DNA from: Octopus vulgaris
Taxonomy: Eukaryota
DNA: 64,000 nucleotides
Direction: 5' to 3'
Assembly: GCA_951406725.2 (NCBI GenBank)
Contig: OX597822.1
Coordinates: 49,290,001-49,354,000 of the forward strand
Part shown: positions 56,440 through 64,000 of the stretch, one piece after another
Position numbering within the stretch: position 1 is the first letter of the stretch
Layout of the letters: every line of letters begins with the position of its first letter
Position numbers and translations under genes: made by a program
Notes under the pieces: generated by a model
Told to the model about the DNA's origin: nothing
Databases searched by the model: none
The model's input: only the letters and a program-made list of their open reading frames with translations

Positions 56440-59400
56440 ACACATATAATATTTTATGTTATATATATATACACACACATGCAGGCATTCATTCCTACAT
56501 ACATATAATATGTGCGTGTGTTTACGTGAGTGTATATTTAGTGTCTAGTTAGGCCGTATATATATTTATTCTGAGTACTGTAGAAACGTGCGCACTGAGT
56601 TAATGTATATTCCAAAAATAAACAATTTATAATTTCTTATCGGGCATTTTGGGATGTTTATTTCTACTAGATTCTCTGTAGTTCAGAATTAGAGAAGATA
56701 AGATCTGAAATCTAGCTCGCAAATTTTTGTAAATCAGTCAAATTTTACACGAAATCATTTACTGCAGATTTCACCATTATTAGAAACTTACGATCTAAGC
56801 CAGCCATAAAAGAGGATATCTATGATCAAAAGTGTCTCATTAGTGACCAGTCCCGTCCTTTCTTTCAGACGAAGTATATCAAGAACATATCAGTCCGGTT
56901 ATTTTACCATTTACTGGTGCCGATGTTGAGTTGGGGCGCTGGCTTCAAAGGTGCAATACTAATAGACTGGCACTTATTTTATTGACCCCAATATGGATCG
57001 AATAATTTTTATTTACCAGCTTCGGAGAGATAAAAGGTAAATTCAACGGAAGGATATAACCAATACCACTAGGTAGTTTGTCCGATATTCTACCGATTTT
57101 GCTAATCACGTATTTTTTTTCTAATCTAGTATTTTTTCAAGACGTATTTTGAAAATAAATGTGGCTGCTATTTCTAGACGGTTATGCGGCAACGAAGATA
57201 GACTTTCCTTTTGCATCCGTTGCCGGTCTCTATTCAGAAAGACGCATATTTTACTGAGGCCATTGTATTGTTGATTCAAATTATGCAAAAGTCATTTATT
57301 ATGTTACTTTTGGTGCTCCTTCTCCATTAGGCATAGGAATTGATACAGTTATAGGTTAAAATGTATACCTATAATCTTTATGAGGTGAATTTTAAAGAGT
57401 TGGAACTAAGTAAACTAGGTTTTTGATATTAAAGAGCTTCGTGGTCTAGCAAAAAATTAAAACCGGGACTTGCATTTCTCTTTATTGAAAATATGCCTTT
57501 ACACAAGTAGTTTTCTCAAATACAACCGTACATTCAGAAATTCAGTTGATATTTTATTTACTTCTACTGTACTATGTTGATCACTACTGTACTATGCTGA
57601 CCATTGTACAGTACTTCTACTGCACTATGCTGATAACTTAATACTTTATTCGAATTTCATTTCGTATGTTGACAGAATTTAATCGTGTAACTAAGCTTTG
57701 TTTTTGACACCCAAACCATAGAACAAAAGAAGAACATGTATATTTGTAAAATTTACGTATATTTATGCATATTATTCTAGAAGAGATAAATACACTCTTT
57801 CAGCCGAAACAGATTTATGCTGTGATTCGAAAGAACTCAAAAGATTATTTCTTAATACCCACCCGCTGATTCTTCTATTACAGTTATTGATGACAAAAGT
57901 TATCTTAAAGCTGGCTTTCGTTTTCTTTGTTTTGCTTTTCAAGAAAACAATTATGGCATATTTGAAACATCAGTGTCTCATTATATTCATTCACGGTCAA
58001 TATTTCAGTCGTCAATTTTTGGCGCTCATACCTAATACAGAACCATTATGTTTCAAAGTAATTTCAAAGTAATTGTGTTTTCTACAACTTACTGACGCCA
58101 TAATGGCTGGAGTGAAAAACCAGTGTCGAATCAACTTCATTTTCTGTTTCATTGAAGTGAAAAATACAGTTGTTGGGGAATATGTAAAACACCCAGTAAA
58201 GGAATATAACAAATTCAGCTTTATGATCAATAACACCATCATCGTTAACTGACCCTCATCGAATGAAACCATCTATTAACACAAACCAATGAGAGAATCT
58301 CATAGGTGATCGCTAGACTTACTAGGAATCGTAGTTTTGATACAACCACATACAGTCACAAATAACGATTCATTAAGTGATGTAGTTCTAACTATCCAAA
58401 CCTACTGAAAACTTCACCATCGTAATAGTCGTACACAGACACTCGTTGTTAATATTAAAGCCTTATATATACATTTCAAAGTATTTTTCAGAAAGAAAAA
58501 TTAAGATAATACTAAGAAAAAAATTTCGATTTTGGCCAAAGAAATTTCTGTAGGTACATAATATTTACAGTATTACATCTTTAATTACCCCAAACCCGTT
58601 CATTGATACAAATTTTAATCGCATCAATCAAGATGTGATGCGTTTAATTTGTAGTCATGTGAAGGCAGATGCTATGAACCGAAGCGTTTCTAACTAAATA
58701 TCTCATTCCTCATTTTAGAACGAGTCTCACTTCTAATTTTATTTAAACCAAAATTTAAGACTTCCGTGAACAAGAGTTATGAATGCATTTTGTCATCTAT
58801 TACAGTTCATATGTTTTCATGAGAAAATTAAGAAGTTACTTCCGTAGCTTGCTAAAAGAGGTAATCTAAAACAAAAGAGAATTCTCACCAAGATACAAAA
58901 AGAGGCTATATTGATATGATCAAAAACTTTGAACAGGTTAAGCATGGTAATCAAAGGTGTGGTACATCGCCAGATATTGTGCAGAAAGAACAAGGAAGTC
59001 ATTCGTTAGACTATTCTGGTTAGACAACATAGATTTTATGTTGTTCTATCAATACATTTGATTGATCTCTTATGAAAAGATATTCGGTTAATGAAACATA
59101 AACAGAAATAGCGTCGTAGGAAATCTGTTTACTGAGTCATTGTAGAACGAGTAGTGTGATATCCATACAAATATAGCCAATGGTAAATGTTCACATCAGT
59201 TGCTTCTCATGGCACATAAAAGCCATATGAAATACAGGCCAATATAATGATAGTGAACCAGAACAAATAGAATCAAAGAGAAAATAGTTTCGAGAAAGTT
59301 ATGCAGCTTTTCATTGAGAGTGCTCCATATCGTTACAAAGAACCACTTTACTTTCTCCCTACAACTCTATGCTAGAGGGCGCCACATAAAAGTATTCTAA

Positions 59401-61539
59401 TATATTCAAGAAATTTATTTTTTCTTTCATTCCCTTATTTCGACACCAATTAGCAATATATATTTTCGATTTATTCGTCAATAAACATTTACTTCTTCAA
59501 AACCAGACGTGATATATATATATTGCTGTATAAAATGTAACGAGAGATAATTTGATAGTATGTGAACAGTAGTTATTTAAAGACGTAATTTATCTGTAAA
59601 TAGTAGAAAGCTCGGCAATTTTTCACCAAAAATGTTTCTCTAACGCAGTGAAATTCAGTGTTCAGTAATTTGAACATGTTTTATTACACACCTGTCAAAC
59701 AAGAACAAACTGGTTTGATGGAGTAAATACATTTTAAAGAGAAAGCAATTAACAACATGATTAAAGTGACTCTGAGATGTTGAGATAAAAGGTGTAAACG
59801 CTAAGAACTTACGGTTTTCTCTCATGTTTAAGTATGTGTAATTGAAAAAAAAAAGCGAGAGATTTCAAAAAGAAATTTAGTAAAAAATATGTAGCAAAAT
59901 ATATTATTCAAATTGTTTGATGGATTGGAAAGATTTTACTAATTTTCTAAATGAGCTTAATTAACTTATTTTATTTTCTATTTTTATTTAAAAGTCACTT
60001 TAAAACTTTATTTTATACACATACGTGGCAATCTTTTTTATATGCGGAAGCACAGGAGTTATGAACGTGTTTCATGTGCTATTACAGTTTCTGAGTTTTA
60101 ATAGCACTTGTATTATATAGCTTTAAATACACAGAAGTTTTATTTAAAAAAAAATTTGAAATCAGAAATCTGGTAGTCTATATATAACAAGCCATGAATA
60201 ATGAAACATTAAGTTAAGGTTTGACATACATATATCTGAATGCTACTTCTGAACTTTGTAGTCTGTGATGTAGCTTTAGTTTTAAGATCAAGGTCTGCAC
60301 AAAATCATGACAGCATTTTTTCTTTTCCTGGGAAAGATTTTTAATTTATGAAGATGAATAAATAAGATTGTGTGACATATTAGCCCTTACTTAAAAGTAA
60401 ACTGACTGGAATCACTATTATCAAGATTTAAAACATGGCGACGATCACAATTCCCGTGACTTTTTGTTGCAGTAACATACAATGGCTGTATTACCAGCAG
60501 AGAAATATGCTTGTGAAACTAATCAGTCCGGCCGTGGGGTGGCCTCTACTGAGATAAACTGCGGTGTCTCGAAGTCCTCTAAATCAGTATATCACGTGTG
60601 CTATGAACACACATCGTCTAAAGAAAGGATTCTTTCTCAGGTGGCGAACAACAACAGATGTTGTTCAGATATTTATGTTCGCATCCACCAGAACATATAA
60701 AGAAGAATAGTTACGCTATTGTTTGGATTCTTGCTTTTCTGTGTGCACTCTATAGAATTATTATCTAATTTTTGTTTCTAAATTGTTAAAATTTTTTTTG
60801 CTATGGATCTGTTGTATGGACGCCCCCAGACGATGAAGTAGGCTAGCCCAATACGTAGGTATAGAGGGAGAAGTCTAGACGTCGAGGAGTGAGTTGAGTA
60901 GAGGTCATCCGAACGTGCGACATAACAGGATCCCAAGGCAAATTCATAAAGAGAACATTCAAGTGATTCTAAACCTCCATAAATACACACGCTTACGCTA
61001 TTATTTCGAAAGGAAGAAAGTAAGGCCGACTCTAGCAAGATCTGAACTCGCTTACTTTCGCTTCTAGCTTGTCATAATGCTACACTATTTAAATCGGTAG
61101 TGGATCTTATTCATCGACCCCCTTTGACAAAATTTGAACGTAATAAGAATAAAATGTTAAACGGTAATAGGAAACAGGAAAAAAACACATAGAGAAATGC
61201 AATGAAGTCAGGAGATCTTTATTGTCTCTGCAAAAATATTAACTGTATTAAACTCATACAAGCTCAGTGATATTGCATAAAGCTCTTCTTAGACTATGAG
61301 GATTGTTTTTATTCATGGAATTAAATACCAACTGAGGTATTTAAACCTAATGGAACGCTCACTTTTAGGTTATGGCATTCAAGTGGAAGACTGACTGATT
61401 CTATTTGATTCAATAAGCACTAAGTAGATTTGACCAATAAAAACAATGTAGCAGAATTTGTTTTACTTGCCTTTCAAAATGACTTCTTCAGAAGCCATTC
61501 ATTTAACATGTATCATAACATTCTGTTGTCGTAATCATG

Positions 61540-61569
61540 CCCTCCTCCTCCCCCTCCTCCTCCTCCTCG

Positions 61570-61615
<46 letters not shown>

Positions 61616-61630
61616 AATCATCATCATCAT

Positions 61631-61665
<35 letters not shown>

Positions 61666-61775
61666 ACGTCAACATCATCATCATCATTATCAACGTCAAC
61701 ATCATCATCATCAACGTCAACATCATCATCAGCATCATCATCATCATCAACGTCAACATCATCATCATCATCATC

Positions 61776-61810
<35 letters not shown>

Positions 61811-61916
61811 ACGTCAACATCATCATCATCAACGTCAACATCATCATCATCATCATCATCAACGTCAACATCATCATCATCATTATCAACGTCCACATCA
61901 TCATCATCATCATCAA

Positions 61917-61951
<35 letters not shown>

Positions 61952-62020
61952 ACGTCAACATCATCATCATCAACGTCAACATCATCATCATCATCATCAT
62001 CATCAACATCATCATCATCT
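61540..62020. repeat. (CCT)n then (ATC)n trinucleotide array with recurrent AACGTC interruptions
   Basis: Direct inspection. Confidence 0.95.
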
Positions 62021-62711
62021 CAACGACGATAACGATGACGGCGACCACCATCTCCCCCAACATCACCCTATCATCACCATCAGCACCATCCACTACCGCC
62101 GCCAGCTACCATTTTGTATTTGACGTCGTCATCATCATCATCATTTAATAAGTTATGAGACAAGAGTATGTGTCACCGTTATGAGTTTTTCAGTATCACT
62201 AGCATAGCTGATTTATAGTAAGGTGTGAACTTAAGGTAGTAAATAATAAAGCTGGATAGCATAAGTGGAGCATAAGGAACTCTACCCGAAGCAAATGGTT
62301 ATGACTTAATATATTGTTATATTACAAATATTAGAAATGGGAATGTGAGATGAAACAGTCGTTTCCTAAATGGCAACATGCTAATAGCTGCCTAAGTGAA
62401 ATGAACTGAATTCTGCAGGGAATTTGAAATCGATTACAACATTGTTTATATTCAGGACAGAATGTCTGCACTACTTGCTTCTACCAACTCCATCACTCGC
62501 GTGTATTCTTAGCCAATTTATTGGAACATCAGCCAGGTAATGTACCGTATAGTAGTGATTAGCTTCTCTATGTTTCATCGCACTGTTGCGAGCGTGAGCT
62601 TTAAAAGTCTACTCTGAGGCTCACGACTGCAGTTTCACGCCTACTGTTATATGTATATAAATGTATATACATATATATATACAATATGTACACTCACACA
62701 CGCACTCGCAC

Positions 62712-62754
<43 letters not shown>

Positions 62755-62838
62755 TATATTTTTTTACCGGCATCCTCTCTGTCACCGGGTTTAATCTGCG
62801 TCTGCGAAGTGGTCTGAAAAGTTAGGATATACAGGCAG

Positions 62839-62904
62839 TTAGTGATGAAGACTGGCCTTCAGCAAATATTCTTTTGCTGAGAATAGTTAGAAACCATGGT
62901 CTGG
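62839..62904 (+). ncRNA. Degenerate hammerhead ribozyme-like motif
   Basis: TTA GTGATGA A GACT...TCAGCAAA/TTTGCTGA hairpin...AGTT A GAAA CCATGG TC TGG; palindromic ACCATGGT; core C3 replaced by G. Confidence 0.5.
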
Positions 62905-63029
62905 GAAATAATTGAGATGGTAAACGTTTTTAATTTTCATTGCTTTCGATAATTTATCTTTAATTGGTGGTTTGAGTTTTCTACTGCTCTTTCTTGCACA
63001 AGGCTTTCCTATTTGGAAGATTCTTGTTG

Positions 63030-63113
<84 letters not shown>

Positions 63114-63709
63114 GAGAGAGAGATAGATAGATAGATACACACACATATATTACAAAACTCAGTTTAAAAGAGAATACAATTCAGATAACCCATTCCTGAA
63201 ATTAGTCTAGTACAAATACATATACGGAAATGAATAAACATCTAACTAGATCAAACTGTAAACTTCTAAAAGACAAACACACAAAACTAACATGGAAGTA
63301 AAGCGTTCTCAAACTAGGAACAGTGTAATTCACAAATAAGAAATGCTAGAAGAAACCAACCTAGAATTAAAAGTAATTATTTCTCTCCAGCAACTAGAAG
63401 CATCCAAGGAACTACTTCTATCCCTCAACGAAGAAACTCGACCTAGGGAATTTCAACCTATTTACTCAGACAGTAAAACCAACCCACAACATCTCAAATA
63501 TAATTCAAGTCCCTAACAATTTATATCAACGGAAAAACTCCAGCCAATTTAACCAGACAGTAAAACCAGCCTCCCAGTAATCTTAATATAATTAGTAACA
63601 CTAACAATTTCTACCAACGAAATTATAGCAAACATTTTTCGGACCGACTGGAGAGAAACAGAGACACACGTTGGAACAAAACACACATGGTCTCATGGTC
63701 TCAAAAATT

Positions 63710-64000
63710 TGTCCTAGAAAGGCTGAGGACGCTGGACCTTTATTCTCTTGAAAAACGCCGCCGCCGTGGTGATCTCATTCTCGCCCACAACATCATAAGC
63801 GGAAAGTGTAACCTCTCGAAAGAGCTGTTCTTCACTCCTGCTCCAGAGCGTCGGCTGCGGGGTCATTCCGAAAAGCTCTACCTGCGACGATTTCATCTCA
63901 ATCGAAGGAGAGGAGCTTTCTCTGTCCGGGTTGCGGATCCGTAGAACAAGCTGCCAGACGAGATGGTGAAGATGCCGACGACCGCTTTGTTCAAAGCCTC
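63710..64000 (+). pseudogene. CR1-like LINE 3' fragment (runs off the window)
   Basis: ERLRTLDLYSLEKRRRRGDLILAHNII...RLRGHSEKL...FSVRVADP*NKLP. Confidence 0.85.

Noticed and set aside
60778-61038. Minus-strand ORF containing WGRPY as a candidate upstream GPCR exon
   Set aside because: It lacks the following DCGGG..W..TY motif and I found no fitting splice sites.
61458-62123. Poly-Ile/His and poly-Met/Asp ORFs
   Set aside because: Artefacts of the (ATC)n array; no splice or domain evidence.

Overview
Eukaryotic, AT-rich, microsatellite-dense genomic DNA, most likely from an octopus (inferred from recalled SINE families and repeat style, not from a search). Almost all ORFs in the track are microsatellite or transposon artefacts. 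The one host-gene signal I can support is a 124-nt minus-strand exon (36617-36740) of a GPR158/GPR179/CG31760-like class C GPCR, so the window is probably mostly intron. It holds four SINE families, several mariner/Tc1 relics, a GG-terminated MITE with an 8-bp TSD plus a Merlin transposase relic, R4/Dong, RTE and CR1-like LINE fragments, and four Penelope-like element (PLE) copies, one with an open 689-aa RT+GIY-YIG ORF. The most interesting hidden layer is about ten hammerhead-ribozyme-like motifs from apparently unrelated PLE termini. Most have a palindromic stem III. One has a fully canonical core, others show compensatory changes at the core 3:8 pair (C-G, U-A, G-C) or a recurrent U4C variant, and two sit at the centre of long foldbacks. 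All structures were folded by eye.
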